From positions 194,082 to 242,456 of IMG/VR virus record IMGVR_UViG_3300038443_000660: a stretch of 48,375 bases of DNA. One strand, given 5' to 3'. Below the pieces are notes generated by a model, which worked only from the letters and a program-made list of their open reading frames with translations, searched no databases and was not told the DNA's origin. The DNA comes from a virus. Its lineage: Duplodnaviria; Heunggongvirae; Uroviricota; Caudoviricetes. The translations under genes and the position numbers were made by a program. Of the stretch, positions 37,301-47,203 are shown piece by piece. The stretch's first letter is position 1; each line of letters opens with the position of its first letter.

Positions 37301-40268
37301 AGCGAGAGTAATATTCGAGTGATGCAACTCTGTCTTTAATAACTGCAATGTCACGCATTGTCGAACGAACGAACGAAGTTTTGCGGGACGTTGAAGCCAT
37401 ATCGGTTTTACCCAATTGAGCGGCATAAACTGGCGATAGTGAAGGATATGGCGTAATATTCAAAGTGGCCAAAGCCATACTATTATCTGGTGTTGATGGC
37501 GTAATCGGAACGACAGATGGTGTGCCTTCGATTACTGAAATTTTACCCAACGAATCCATAATCACAATATCTTTTCTGGAAAGATAATTTGAATAATCGA
37601 AAACGAACTCACCATTTGGTGCTGGTAAATGAAGACCACCAGCGGGAGCGGCAAATGTTGTCGAAGCGGCAGGATTTATTGTTGCCGCAGCTACGGTAGT
37701 TGCAGATGTTGCCGTATTCGTTCTAACTGGACGAAAATCAACACAAATTCTTAAATCATACTCAAATCCATCTATAGGAGAAGTAAATGTTGGGATTTCT
37801 TGTGTCTTTATTGTAGTGTCAGATGTTGTTGAATCATTGACCGGATAGGAATCGACAGAAAAATAACCAAGACCTTGTGTAAAATCAGGTTCGAAATAAT
37901 CAAGTTCTATTAGCAAATAATCGCTAGACGCTAGTGTTATGTTAGGAATAATTTTAGCATTATCATAGAAGAAATCACGTTGCCCATTATCCAGTACGAA
38001 TGAAGCGGTTACATCAGTTCCTTGGGTAGCACTGGTGAAATCACCCGTATTTTTTCTAATAGATCGGATTTTATATACATCAGAGAATCCAAGATTAAAC
38101 GGGCCAGTCGTTCCAGCCGTTGAACAATTAATTTTTACATATCTATGCGGTCTAAGTATTTTTGCAATTTCACGAGCCGTTGTTTTTGACAACTTTATTG
38201 TTGCAGTAGCCGACACCGTACTTGATAGTGTTTCCTTTAAATCAAAGGACATTGAAGTAGATGTATTCAATGTTACTGTTCTATCCAAACCAGCATCAGC
38301 ACCGTTACCCATAAGATTGAGTACATCACCAACATTATATTGTTTTACATAAGTTTGTGCTGATACCGCCGAAGCTGTATTCGCAGTGACAGTCATTTTA
38401 ATATCGGATTCAATCGTGTCCACATAATATACACCGGAGACTGTATTGATTTTAATACGGTCGCCGGGATTTAAATAAGTGAACTTTGTTGATGTTCCAT
38501 TGATTGTTGTATTTGCATATGTGGTCACAGTGCCTGCCATCGACTTAGTAGCGGCGGCATTCAAGGAAATAATGATGTCGGATTTTTCAATATCTGTTAA
38601 TGAACCAACAGAATATGGAAATATTTCATCCACCAAACCAGTAGAAATGTTAAATGTTCCGGTAGATGAAATCGATACTGGAAAGCTTTTCTTGAAATTG
38701 TATGTTGTATCCACATTATTTGACGAATCTCTAAGAGAACGAACATAATCGATGATAGGATACAACATCGAATCATAAGCAACTTCATTTACAGAAGCTA
38801 CATTGCTAGAAGGTACAACAATATCAGCCCCAATCGAAGCGGTTCCAGAGTTTGATTTGTAAATAGAGCGGGCACTAGCAAAACTATTACTAGACATCTT
38901 TATGTCAAACAAATACACATTATATTTGGCAGTCGGTGAACCGGGATTCCCTTCCACTAATTCAATACCACGTAGTTTTGCGGTTCCGATAACATTACCG
39001 GTTTGTGCGGCTGTTGAACCTCCACCAGAAGTTATTCTTAACTGTGGAGCATCATAAATGGTAATGACATCACCATTATTCAAATCCCAAGAACCAACCA
39101 ACTCGTTACATACGACATAATTACCCATTCTGGTAGATATAATTTGGTTTTCAATAGAATTGAAATCCACACCCTTACGAACGTTGATATTTTTTGTTAC
39201 CAACGTTTCTACATCATAACCTTTCACATAAGCCTTTCCGGGGGCCACTGCCGCTACCAATAAATTGGTGTTACCTTCTGGTGCTGGATAAACGCCTTGA
39301 TTGGTTCCGTTATCGAGATGTTCTCGAATGGCGACTGATAATCCTCTGACATAATAATCACCTGATTCATCATAAGTTCGGCCAGCTAATTCGTCACGGA
39401 TCAGTGAGTATTCAGTCTTTTCGTTTGAAACCTGAACAACGCCATCTTTGATAATAAACAGTTGAACAAAGTTTGGTGGACCTGCAACATCGTCAATATC
39501 AATTAATGTTAATACCGCATCAAGTTTAAATCTATCAGCACCGGGAGCGTTAAAGTTGTACGCTCCCATTGCCGGGTCATTCAATGTGGAATCATCAGCA
39601 GAAGTAACAATAGATTCCAGAACATCAAAGCCGACTCGACAAGTTGGTGTATTTGAATATCTTTCCAAAATAATAGTTTGTTTTGGAAATTTAATAAAAT
39701 GGTCTTTGGAGAACACTATACCATCATTAATAGTGAACATTGAACCAATACCGATAGCAGAAGCATCGGAATGAACAGTCAAATTACCGTATCCAGAAGA
39801 TAAAACCTCACCCGAAACAAATTTGTTAGTCACTCCATCTGTTCCCGATGACGTATACTTAACAAATAATGTTTTTGTCTTGTTAATATCAGATTGAGAA
39901 CCATCAGCAACTGCTACAACATAAGCAGTAATGCTGTTAGTCGCACCTGTAATAACAGAACCGACATAATTATTCAGAGTTATTGGATTACCGATATTGT
40001 CAGTATCATTGATTTTGACATAATCTATATTCTTGTCAATAGAAAACAAACCACCAGAAACTAAAGAACCTTCTTTAAAAATATGTTCTGCAAATCTGTC
40101 AATCTGGGTTTGCAGCATAGTTTGTGTTTGAGTGAGTTCACGAGCCTGAACAGCAATGCCCGGTTTATAAAGAATACGATAAAATCCTTTGTCGGCATCG
40201 TAATCGTCATAATATGGATTAGTGTTAAAATCCGTAATTGTCGTATAATTAGTAGTATTTCCAGCCAT
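34350..40268 (-). CDS. Large baseplate/tail structural protein (VrlC/DUF4815-like)
   Basis: NPYYDDY...YRILYKPG.AVQARELTQ, APGADR, RTYDESGDY and RFKNGIFVD motifs. Confidence 0.85.
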   Translation of the reverse strand: MAGNTTNYTTITDFNTNPYYDDYDADKGFYRILYKPGIAVQARELTQTQTMLQTQIDRFAEHIFKEGSLVSGGLFSIDKNIDYVKINDTDNIGNPITLNNYVGSVITGATNSITAYVVAVADGSQSDINKTKTLFVKYTSSGTDGVTNKFVSGEVLSSGYGNLTVHSDASAIGIGSMFTINDGIVFSKDHFIKFPKQTIILERYSNTPTCRVGFDVLESIVTSADDSTLNDPAMGAYNFNAPGADRFKLDAVLTLIDIDDVAGPPNFVQLFIIKDGVVQVSNEKTEYSLIRDELAGRTYDESGDYYVRGLSVAIREHLDNGTNQGVYPAPEGNTNLLVAAVAPGKAYVKGYDVETLVTKNINVRKGVDFNSIENQIISTRMGNYVVCNELVGSWDLNNGDVITIYDAPQLRITSGGGSTAAQTGNVIGTAKLRGIELVEGNPGSPTAKYNVYLFDIKMSSNSFASARSIYKSNSGTASIGADIVVPSSNVASVNEVAYDSMLYPIIDYVRSLRDSSNNVDTTYNFKKSFPVSISSTGTFNISTGLVDEIFPYSVGSLTDIEKSDIIISLNAAATKSMAGTVTTYANTTINGTSTKFTYLNPGDRIKINTVSGVYYVDTIESDIKMTVTANTASAVSAQTYVKQYNVGDVLNLMGNGADAGLDRTVTLNTSTSMSFDLKETLSSTVSATATIKLSKTTAREIAKILRPHRYVKINCSTAGTTGPFNLGFSDVYKIRSIRKNTGDFTSATQGTDVTASFVLDNGQRDFFYDNAKIIPNITLASSDYLLIELDYFEPDFTQGLGYFSVDSYPVNDSTTSDTTIKTQEIPTFTSPIDGFEYDLRICVDFRPVRTNTATSATTVAAATINPAASTTFAAPAGGLHLPAPNGEFVFDYSNYLSRKDIVIMDSLGKISVIEGTPSVVPITPSTPDNSMALATLNITPYPSLSPVYAAQLGKTDMASTSRKTSFVRSTMRDIAVIKDRVASLEYYSRLNLLEKQAADMNVLDENGLDRFKNGIFVDTFRDHTNGDVSNPDYKIVVDPKEQSIRPYYNMESVPYEFISGSGISATNNLITMTYTEEVLFSQPYATTTRNIENNVYRYIGLVTLDPESDVWVDTEQMPDEIIQGEVPEYLPPVQTEWNQWQTAITGYNVYHNVTGALLGTFYGDNALSDANKLIKKYTTKIASERTTQGGTGHGGGAGGGHWGGAGHNITTYKTVVNATASAITESVRTGVELVPEFATSTENLGNKTVNTSIIPYIRPQIIKVFCRDLKPNTRLWIYFDETPMSDYLTPTDSDYVVVDGVSEGSTWRTDADGKAYGLLRLPSEGKRFYTGTKKVRVSDSPTNSGETTTFGNTYFVAQGLLQQQQNTILSTYKVVMTQDNVTQTTTKVNGSVISDTITSSAYQGADCMGYTFMVNAPQNEDGVFLTSFDVFMADKHPTLGVWFELREVDNAGGITRNTVPYSVVSLEPDDMPTSEDASVPLNVKFKCPVFLYNNTEYALILHATAMNPDTYFWTCELGQDDVITGQKVVNRKQTGTLFDTNNNVDWVPVPNQDLKVTFYRANFNTGIATVTLGTASFERFLMSSVSAPFETIGEIVRGQTTLTLTSSSTSIVTGDIIIGQESAATATVSNVLSSNYTLAANTIQKYKMGEVVTIKDSSNVTKGTASISDITYPTGTLYSYKNPDASTVQIQLRNITGDFPVSSTIIGELSGNYGVIQSKQPIKYSVVDFEPNNLVFSNTALTYSMKTTSNTNVMDTNFAGINAGDNTTLADEKVLLGRTQENSLISGNKSNQVQIVMNSNSSYVSPVIDLHRTHGVFVHNVVNFDFTDEDKSSGGNSWNKYISKVVTLAEGQDAEDLQVHLTAYRPPSTDIKVYAKIVHAEDSDDFASHNWIELVSTNNSYSSTSNTNDFMEFAFGFNTELMTGLYGAVEYTNSNGVAFSGYKQFAIKIVLGSYNSASVPRVADLQCLCLQM

Positions 40269-40321
40269 TTAACAACTATATAGGTGAGAGAACATGTTCA
40301 GTATTATTTATGGTTATTGTT

Positions 40322-41830
40322 TTAGAATGTAGCCACGAAACGGAAATTTTCTTCCTGATTAATAGAACGAACGATAGGTGGTCTATTTTCCAGATACATA
40401 ACAGAACCTGAATACTTCTGGAATGGAGACGGCGTGACCGAAGTTACGGTAGCAGTAGCGCCAGATGTTCCACCAGTTATGGTTTCATTGGTAAAAGCCC
40501 CGACCACATTAGTAACAATAATAGAATTGGTGCCCTTATATTCTACTACAACACCAGAAGCGCCAGATGTTCCACCAGTTACTATTTCGTCGGCCAAAAA
40601 TGTACCAGATGAAGTAGAAAAGTTGAGAACGGGAGCAACAAGATATGTTGCTTCATCAGCCGGAAAACCAGTAGTCAGTTTCGGTTGTGAAATTAGAGAA
40701 ACTACACGGAAATCATTGTTGGCGAAGAACTTCCCTTCTTCGTCACCAGATAATTGGACGTACATAATGACATTATGTGCAGATAATTCATAAATTGGAT
40801 TAGAACCATGCCCTCCCATAGGAGACAATTGTGCAATGGCTTGCGCACCTGTACCGCCAGAAGTGGTATTTGCAGAAATAGTTACATTTGCTCTAGAATA
40901 TTGTGCGCCTTGATTGATTACTTCAATCGTTTTGAGTGCTGTTCCAGAAAGAGTTGAATAAGCAGAAAAACCAGTTCCGTCACCCGAAACACTAACTGTT
41001 GGTGAAATAATGTAAGCCGAAGTACCATTCAATGATGACGCAAATGCCGGAGAAACCGTAATTTTTCTTGATGGTCCGTCATACCCTGTAATCAAACGCT
41101 TCTGACCAGCGCCTGCACCAGAAGAAATGTAGATTGAACTACCAGTATATACACCGGAAGTGGTATTTGCAGATGGAGCAATTGTTAGTTGTGTTGTGTT
41201 ACCAGAAACGATTGAACCGACATGTTGTTTATAGCCAGTTCCGCCCGCCGTGACCTTTACAGTCGAAATAGAACCATTAACCGCAGCGGCTTGCACGTCC
41301 CATTGAAATGAACCATCATCGGAAGTCAATGTTTTGATTGGAATGAATTGCGTCGTCGCATATTTGATGGCTTCCGCAGCGGAAATTTCACACATAAATT
41401 TCCAACGATATCCATCCGCAGTCGTTACTACAGACGGAAGTCTACCAGTAGGTTTTACGGTAGAAACCGCTCCATTATTATTACCCATGCATTTGTAAAC
41501 ATTATACTCATCGGTAATTACAAAAAATTGACCATTCTGGAATTCTGTGGAAATATCATATTGATTGTAAACGTTGCCGGTTGTCCAGTTATAACGGATG
41601 GCAGCAAAAGAGACGTTGTTAGGGGCTATCTTTTTCGCTGAAATAATATTGTCCCAAACATTGTATTCAACGTTTTCAATAGAATCCAATGGTGGTGGTG
41701 GGTTGTTATCATCAGTCCATGGACGACTTTTACCAATACATAGGTACATGTTTTCTAATGGGTCTGTTAGCATCTCCATAAACTTTTCAGCGTTCAAAAG
41801 TCTAAATCTTTTTGTAATATTTCCAGCCAT
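40322..41830 (-). CDS. gp8: Baseplate wedge subunit
   Basis: YLCIGKSRPW, VYKCMGN, DGYRWKFM, GGHGSNP and YLENRPPI motifs. Confidence 0.9.
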   Translation of the reverse strand: MAGNITKRFRLLNAEKFMEMLTDPLENMYLCIGKSRPWTDDNNPPPPLDSIENVEYNVWDNIISAKKIAPNNVSFAAIRYNWTTGNVYNQYDISTEFQNGQFFVITDEYNVYKCMGNNNGAVSTVKPTGRLPSVVTTADGYRWKFMCEISAAEAIKYATTQFIPIKTLTSDDGSFQWDVQAAAVNGSISTVKVTAGGTGYKQHVGSIVSGNTTQLTIAPSANTTSGVYTGSSIYISSGAGAGQKRLITGYDGPSRKITVSPAFASSLNGTSAYIISPTVSVSGDGTGFSAYSTLSGTALKTIEVINQGAQYSRANVTISANTTSGGTGAQAIAQLSPMGGHGSNPIYELSAHNVIMYVQLSGDEEGKFFANNDFRVVSLISQPKLTTGFPADEATYLVAPVLNFSTSSGTFLADEIVTGGTSGASGVVVEYKGTNSIIVTNVVGAFTNETITGGTSGATATVTSVTPSPFQKYSGSVMYLENRPPIVRSINQEENFRFVATF

Positions 41831-41863
41831 TTATATTTCCAAGAATTTGAATTGTACTATTAT

Positions 41864-43156
41864 TTATGCGTTTGTTCGTGCAATGAAATGCAAATTGGTT
41901 GTTGGTCCATATGGATATGGTTCCGAAAGAATTAACATTGAATCGTCAATTATTGCTCTAACAAAAGCGAATGTGTTGACATCATTAGTATCATCAACAA
42001 TTTCAATGATATCCCACGGTTCTAAATCACCGAATGCAGAGATATTCGATTGAAAGATAATTGCTTTCGAAAGTTGAGAAATTGGAACGTCAAAGAATAG
42101 TGACGAAAACTGTTCATTCGCCCATGTTTTAATCAAATCACCGGAAACGATTTGTTGAGTACCTAAACCAAGCGTTTTAGTCACAAAATTGTCTGTTTCA
42201 ACAATTGGGTCAAAAATAAATTCCGGTTCTGGAAATACAATATCATAGTTGATAGAAATTTTACCGACCTGACCGGCAGGGCCAACTGTAATCACAGAAT
42301 TCAATTTAGGACTGACAATCGCATTATAAAACATGTCAACCGCACCAAACATTTTAGTGCCGGATGGATGGACCAGCTTATTCGCTATATGTTCATATTC
42401 AGAAATACCATGACTGGAAATAATCTGATATGAATATTCCTGATAAAAGAAATTATCCTGTAAATATTTATCCCATGATAGAAACCCATCAGTTCCTAAC
42501 CAATGTCCGGGATACTCGATAATGTCAACAATAGTACCAATAGGCTGTCCTGAATTAGAGCCGAATATTTGTTCGCCTTCAACAAAAGTTCCGAATACAT
42601 TATTAATATATAGTTCATCGATTTTGACCTCATTTTCGACATAAGATACAAATTTATCCTTTCTTGCCGTAGCACCTGAATTCTCGCCTCTAATTGCTAC
42701 GAGTTCTTCAATTTCTTCAATATCTGTCGTATTGATTATTTTAAGAGAACGTTCAACTAACCATTTACCATCGGATGCCCGCAGAATATCCTTTCCGGGA
42801 TAATATACAGAAACGTTTTCGTCTCCATATAGAATTCTGAACAACATTTGATAAGATTTTTCTGTTCCTCTTGACCTATAGAAGTCCAGAATATTCTTAA
42901 TCAACAATCTATCATCGACCTTAGTAACAGGTATCGATTTCATAAATTCAGTTCTCATAAACTGAAAATATTTTTCTGGTATCAAATCGGCGTCTTTGAA
43001 GTACGACAATTTTCTTGAAACATCGACCGGATTGTCAAACTGTTCCATCCACTTATAATAAGTTTCAATGAAATTAACAAATACAGGATTATCTCTCTTG
43101 ACAAAATCCGGTAATTGTGATTTTACAAATATAGAAACTGTATTGCCTGTCGTCAT
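41864..43156 (-). CDS. Baseplate wedge protein (gp7-like)
   Basis: QLPDFV, FYRSRGTEKSY..LFRILY, LQDNFFYQEYSY and VHPSG motifs; between gp6 and gp8. Confidence 0.75.
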   Translation of the reverse strand: MTTGNTVSIFVKSQLPDFVKRDNPVFVNFIETYYKWMEQFDNPVDVSRKLSYFKDADLIPEKYFQFMRTEFMKSIPVTKVDDRLLIKNILDFYRSRGTEKSYQMLFRILYGDENVSVYYPGKDILRASDGKWLVERSLKIINTTDIEEIEELVAIRGENSGATARKDKFVSYVENEVKIDELYINNVFGTFVEGEQIFGSNSGQPIGTIVDIIEYPGHWLGTDGFLSWDKYLQDNFFYQEYSYQIISSHGISEYEHIANKLVHPSGTKMFGAVDMFYNAIVSPKLNSVITVGPAGQVGKISINYDIVFPEPEFIFDPIVETDNFVTKTLGLGTQQIVSGDLIKTWANEQFSSLFFDVPISQLSKAIIFQSNISAFGDLEPWDIIEIVDDTNDVNTFAFVRAIIDDSMLILSEPYPYGPTTNLHFIARTNA

Positions 43157-45027
43157 TATAGTGTCACTGTATTAGATACACCGTTAACATCAATCAACGT
43201 GTTATTACCCAACACTTCGACTGTTTTATTGTACATTACCTTCATTCTGGTAATGTCGAACATTTCAACGTCAGGGTGAGAAAGTAAAATAATGTTATTT
43301 TGATATGAAAAAATGTCTGTGGTATCTGGTTTTACAAATATTGAAACTTCCTTATCATAGTCTAAAAATACAAAAGAATCAAGCGATACAACACCAGTAT
43401 TGTATGATACTGTTCCAACATTTGTGTTATAGTATGCTTTGGCATTACCAACGTAATAGTATAGTCTAAGAATACCTTTACCGTCATCATCCAAATATAA
43501 GGTATTATCTGAACCACCTATCTTGAATCCCGAAGATGATACACAACCTTGATATCCCGAATACGGATTATAAAGCGGATTTTGAAATTCAAGCTTGTAC
43601 GTGAATTTAGAGCCAATAATTGGAGCAAATCGTTTTTCTAAGTTAATCTCTATATCAGATGATTCAATTGAATTGTCAGATACGTCCACCATCGCAGTGA
43701 ACTTTGAAAGCTTGAATCTATTCCCAAAAATTCCAAGTTGGGTATCTTCATATTTTTGAACAGTGGTTTCAATTTTCGAGAAAATTTCATCCGCAGCCAA
43801 AGATGTTACATTAGGATTGTAATTGATTCGAATGTTTGGTTTTACGAATATGAATGCCGGGTCTATGATAATTGGGTCAATTGACATCGGCGTGTACTTC
43901 TCAATTTCATTGATGATAGTCTGCTTTCTGTCATTTGTAATCACGTAACCAGAATATGGTTTAATCGACATTATCGTTTTACCATACATTGGCGGAGTGT
44001 GGGTTTCCCCTCCCCAAACGTTGATTGATTGAATATCTGAATAATTTTCTAAGATAAAATTGATGTAGTCATCGGCAGTTATCAATCGATTTTGGATTTC
44101 ATAACTTCTTGGTGCATTGAACTTAATAGAATCTATCGATTCATCATCCTCGCCGTCCACCGCACGTTGATTTACCGAAAGAATGTTACAAGCGTATCTA
44201 TTTGTTGGAATGTCTTTAGAATATCCAGCAAATCCTACTTTAGAAAAGGATTGAGCGCCGTTGGCGGCAGAGCCGGAACACGCTCTTACTAAAATTCTGA
44301 CAATGTTTCCATTAGTTAATTTTTTCCCCAGAACACCATCACCGAAATATATCTCATAATTACCCCTGTTATTTTTTTGGAGATAATAAACTTCCGAAGA
44401 TGATGTTACATTTGTTGTGTCTTTAACTCGCTGATAAAATGTTGAACTCGATGACGTAATGTTTGGAGAAACAGTTACAATCATAGATGACGTATCAATG
44501 CCTTTAGCTGTCATTTCATAGAAATTTACACCATTTGACACGGTAAATGTATATTCTAACGTAGTTCCTTCAAATATATCAATACTCTTGATATATGCAC
44601 CATTGACTGGCGTCACCGAATAATCAGCACTAGTCGTGAATTCGTACAAAACGTTATTGATTTTCGCCGTGAATTTGGTGTTGGCTGGAATAACGATTTC
44701 AGAAGGTGAATCAGTTGGCGAAAATGAAATTGTTATGTTTGCCCTAGCCGAGCGTGACGAACGAGGCGTGTAGTTCAACATTTTGGAAATCGAATATACC
44801 GATTCTGGCATCATGGCTGAATCCAGAAAGGATTCATTAGCTGCCATGTTCACATAGAAACTATTGTAATATGTATTGTAAGATAGAACGTCCAGCATGG
44901 TAGACATCGCCGTACCTTCGAAATCATAATCAGAAAAATCTGAATTTGATCTTAAAAAGTTCTTGAGGTTATTCTTAATATCAAAGAAGTTTAATTCGGA
45001 AACTTGTAATGTTGTATTTGCAGTCAT
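43156..45027 (-). CDS. gp6: Baseplate wedge subunit
   Basis: FSDYDFEG...LDVLSYNT, NESFLDSA, YEIYFGDG and QNRLITADDY motifs. Confidence 0.94.
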   Translation of the reverse strand: MTANTTLQVSELNFFDIKNNLKNFLRSNSDFSDYDFEGTAMSTMLDVLSYNTYYNSFYVNMAANESFLDSAMMPESVYSISKMLNYTPRSSRSARANITISFSPTDSPSEIVIPANTKFTAKINNVLYEFTTSADYSVTPVNGAYIKSIDIFEGTTLEYTFTVSNGVNFYEMTAKGIDTSSMIVTVSPNITSSSSTFYQRVKDTTNVTSSSEVYYLQKNNRGNYEIYFGDGVLGKKLTNGNIVRILVRACSGSAANGAQSFSKVGFAGYSKDIPTNRYACNILSVNQRAVDGEDDESIDSIKFNAPRSYEIQNRLITADDYINFILENYSDIQSINVWGGETHTPPMYGKTIMSIKPYSGYVITNDRKQTIINEIEKYTPMSIDPIIIDPAFIFVKPNIRINYNPNVTSLAADEIFSKIETTVQKYEDTQLGIFGNRFKLSKFTAMVDVSDNSIESSDIEINLEKRFAPIIGSKFTYKLEFQNPLYNPYSGYQGCVSSSGFKIGGSDNTLYLDDDGKGILRLYYYVGNAKAYYNTNVGTVSYNTGVVSLDSFVFLDYDKEVSIFVKPDTTDIFSYQNNIILLSHPDVEMFDITRMKVMYNKTVEVLGNNTLIDVNGVSNTVTL

Positions 45028-45036
45028 CTAATGTGT

Positions 45037-45441
45037 TTACCTAATTCTCGAAAGGAATATATCGACAGTTACCGGAGTGTTGGAAGTCATGGGCACGAAT
45101 GTAATCTCGACTGATATTCCATTATGGTCCAAATCATTTTCTAGTGTCAGGGAAATCAATTCAGCACGATTTGATGAATAATTTTCGATAACATCCTTGA
45201 TTGCTGTCTTTATTTTTTGAACAGTAATCGGGTCAAAGCTGTCAAATTGCGCATCATAAATTCCGCCATACACGTCCGGTCGAAATAAAGTTTCATATCT
45301 GTTGGTTAAAACTAGATTTTTAATTTGTTGTTTAATAGCATTTTCATTTTTGAGAATAGACAATTGTCCTGTTTCCGGGTGCGCTAGAAAGTTCATGTTG
45401 ATATCTTTATAGGTATCTTTAGTAGAGCGAACAAAAAGCAT
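45037..45441 (-). CDS. gp25: Baseplate wedge subunit / sheath initiator
   Basis: YKDI...HP...AIKQQIKNLVLT...E..F.P pattern. Confidence 0.88.
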   Translation of the reverse strand: MLFVRSTKDTYKDINMNFLAHPETGQLSILKNENAIKQQIKNLVLTNRYETLFRPDVYGGIYDAQFDSFDPITVQKIKTAIKDVIENYSSNRAELISLTLENDLDHNGISVEITFVPMTSNTPVTVDIFLSRIR

Positions 45442-45445
45442 GATG

Positions 45446-45724
45446 TTAACCTATAGAAAATGTTGATTGAGACGTGACAATTGTACTTGCACCGCAATAT
45501 CGCCCATCGCCATGTCTATGAACAGCTTTACCCGCTATTGTCCATTTTGATTGACCGGTAGCCGCATTTGTTGCTCCGGGTGCATGTAACAGCCCATCTA
45601 TGGCGGCAACCGTATCTACGGTAGCTACCAGTTTTCCGCCAACGGTAAATTTTGTCTGTGGTGGAGTTTCTAGAGCACCACCACCATGGGAATTTAAGTC
45701 ACCGACCAATGCACACAGTGGCAA
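45446..45724 (-). CDS. PAAR-like spike tip protein (gp5.4-like)
   Basis: ALVGD..SH, VGGKLVA and IAGKAVHRHGD...CG; adjacent to gp25. Confidence 0.8.
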   Translation of the reverse strand: MPLCALVGDLNSHGGGALETPPQTKFTVGGKLVATVDTVAAIDGLLHAPGATNAATGQSKWTIAGKAVHRHGDGRYCGASTIVTSQSTFSIG

Positions 45725-45840
45725 TTATTATTATCCTATTGATATACTATCTCTTATATTTATCAAAAATTTGTAGGAAGCCACTTGACATTCTGGCTAG
45801 TTTCTATATCTTGAAATTACGAGATATGGAGTTGATGGAA

Positions 45841-46098
45841 ATGGTAACGATTAAAACCAGCCTTCCGTGGTGCGACATGAAAATTGCTTTTGGTGTCGAT
45901 GACGAAGATATGCTTTGGGATGCCTGTGACAATGGGACACTAAAACTCCCGGAAGGTTGGGAATTGAATGAAACGTGTTCAGCGGGAGCACGGAGTGTCG
46001 CAATCTTTCGGCTTACCAAACTACCGACTATCGAAGACGGTAATACAGTTATGGCCGCACTAGTCTCTGTTGGTGCATCATCACCGCCAGTAGTATAA
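45841..46098 (+). CDS. Hypothetical early protein (start reassigned)
   Basis: TTGACA promoter at 45785 and GGAG RBS at 45828. Confidence 0.6.
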   Translation: MVTIKTSLPWCDMKIAFGVDDEDMLWDACDNGTLKLPEGWELNETCSAGARSVAIFRLTKLPTIEDGNTVMAALVSVGASSPPVV

Positions 46099-46100
46099 AG

Positions 46101-46313
46101 GTGAATGAAATGGATATAGTCATTGCTCGACTCGATAAGATTTATCCATCTGGTGATTGGCATGATAAGCCAATGAAATGGGCTGTAATTGGCCCTCGTG
46201 GCGAGCAACAGCATTTTTCTACAAAAGCGAATGCAACAATCTATAAGCGTATTCGTGGAAAGGCAGAAAGTCAGTCTGACGCAATTACTCGTTATGTTCG
46301 GGGCATAAAATGA
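46101..46313 (+). CDS. Hypothetical protein
   Basis: Operon packing. Confidence 0.6.
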   Translation: MNEMDIVIARLDKIYPSGDWHDKPMKWAVIGPRGEQQHFSTKANATIYKRIRGKAESQSDAITRYVRGIK

Positions 46314-46480
46314 CCAACTTTATTGTTCTTCCTCGCTACACATTCAAGCGTGATAACAACATTTGGAAAACTGCCACGGTTTACAAAGATGGTGTAGAAT
46401 TTGGCCAGATGAACGAAAATACCGCTCGTGAATTTTGCTGGAAATGGAATGGCAATCGTGAAGATTGTGAAATAAAATGA
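46310..46480 (+). CDS. Hypothetical protein, 56 aa (MTNFIVLPRYTF...)
   Basis: Not in the ORF track; ATGA overlap and open frame to TGA 46480. Confidence 0.55.
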   Translation: MTNFIVLPRYTFKRDNNIWKTATVYKDGVEFGQMNENTAREFCWKWNGNREDCEIK

Positions 46481-46516
46481 CTTGACATGTTTGCACTATA
46501 GTGTATTATACAAATC

Positions 46517-46602
46517 GGCGGTTAGTTCAGGTGAACGTCCCACTTGATCAGTGGTTGCTTGATCACCGTAATTCTCTAGGTTCGAGTCCTAGATAATCGC
46601 CA
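46517..46602 (+). tRNA. Non-canonical tRNA-like RNA (apparent GAT anticodon)
   Basis: GGCGGTTA/TAATCGCC acceptor; GTTC-AGGT-GAAC; CCAC-TTGATCA-GTGG; long variable arm; TCTAGG-TTCGAGT-CCTAGA T arm; promoter TTGACA-16-TATTAT at 46482-46509. Confidence 0.65.
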
Positions 46603-46609
46603 GTCTTTG

Positions 46610-47203
46610 TTACATAAATCCGTTAATTGCTGATAACCCCGGAACCGATAGTCCGGTAGCTAGATTTGTCGTAACAAATGACGGGTCTGGTAGCATTGAC
46701 GATGAAACACCCAATTTTTCTGGGTTTACATTTACATGTAACCAAGACGAATCACCAAACACCAAATTCAAGGAATCAGCAACCTTGGTGAATTTGGAGA
46801 GTTCTTTCATTACTCCATACATGTTGTGTTCAAATCCTGCAATTTGAATATCAAACGAGTTGCCTATCAAGTGCTGAACTTCATTCGCTAAAGCCGAATA
46901 CGGAATATTATTTGAAAAGGCGGATTTGATTATCAAATCCCGACCAAAACCATTCAGCAATCCTTCTAGCATACCTTCCGCACCAGCCTGTAAATTTTGC
47001 ACAATCTTGTATAGTGGAATGTTCGCTCCACCAGTCAGGTTCATGACCAAAGACGAATCTGGAATCAGAGTTGACGTAAACCGTGGCATCCAAGATGCGG
47101 TTATAGGGGAATATGCGCCAGAAGTCAGGTGCGACAAGTTAAAATTTCTGGAAAGCTGCATCCCAACATCGATTATCGTTGAAGAATCTATTTTAAATGC
47201 CAT
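46610..47203 (-). CDS. Peptidase M15-like protein
   Basis: QLSRNFNLSHLT, QHLIGNSFDI and WLHV give the H-x6-D...H zinc-ligand pattern. Confidence 0.6.
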   Translation of the reverse strand: MAFKIDSSTIIDVGMQLSRNFNLSHLTSGAYSPITASWMPRFTSTLIPDSSLVMNLTGGANIPLYKIVQNLQAGAEGMLEGLLNGFGRDLIIKSAFSNNIPYSALANEVQHLIGNSFDIQIAGFEHNMYGVMKELSKFTKVADSLNLVFGDSSWLHVNVNPEKLGVSSSMLPDPSFVTTNLATGLSVPGLSAINGFM

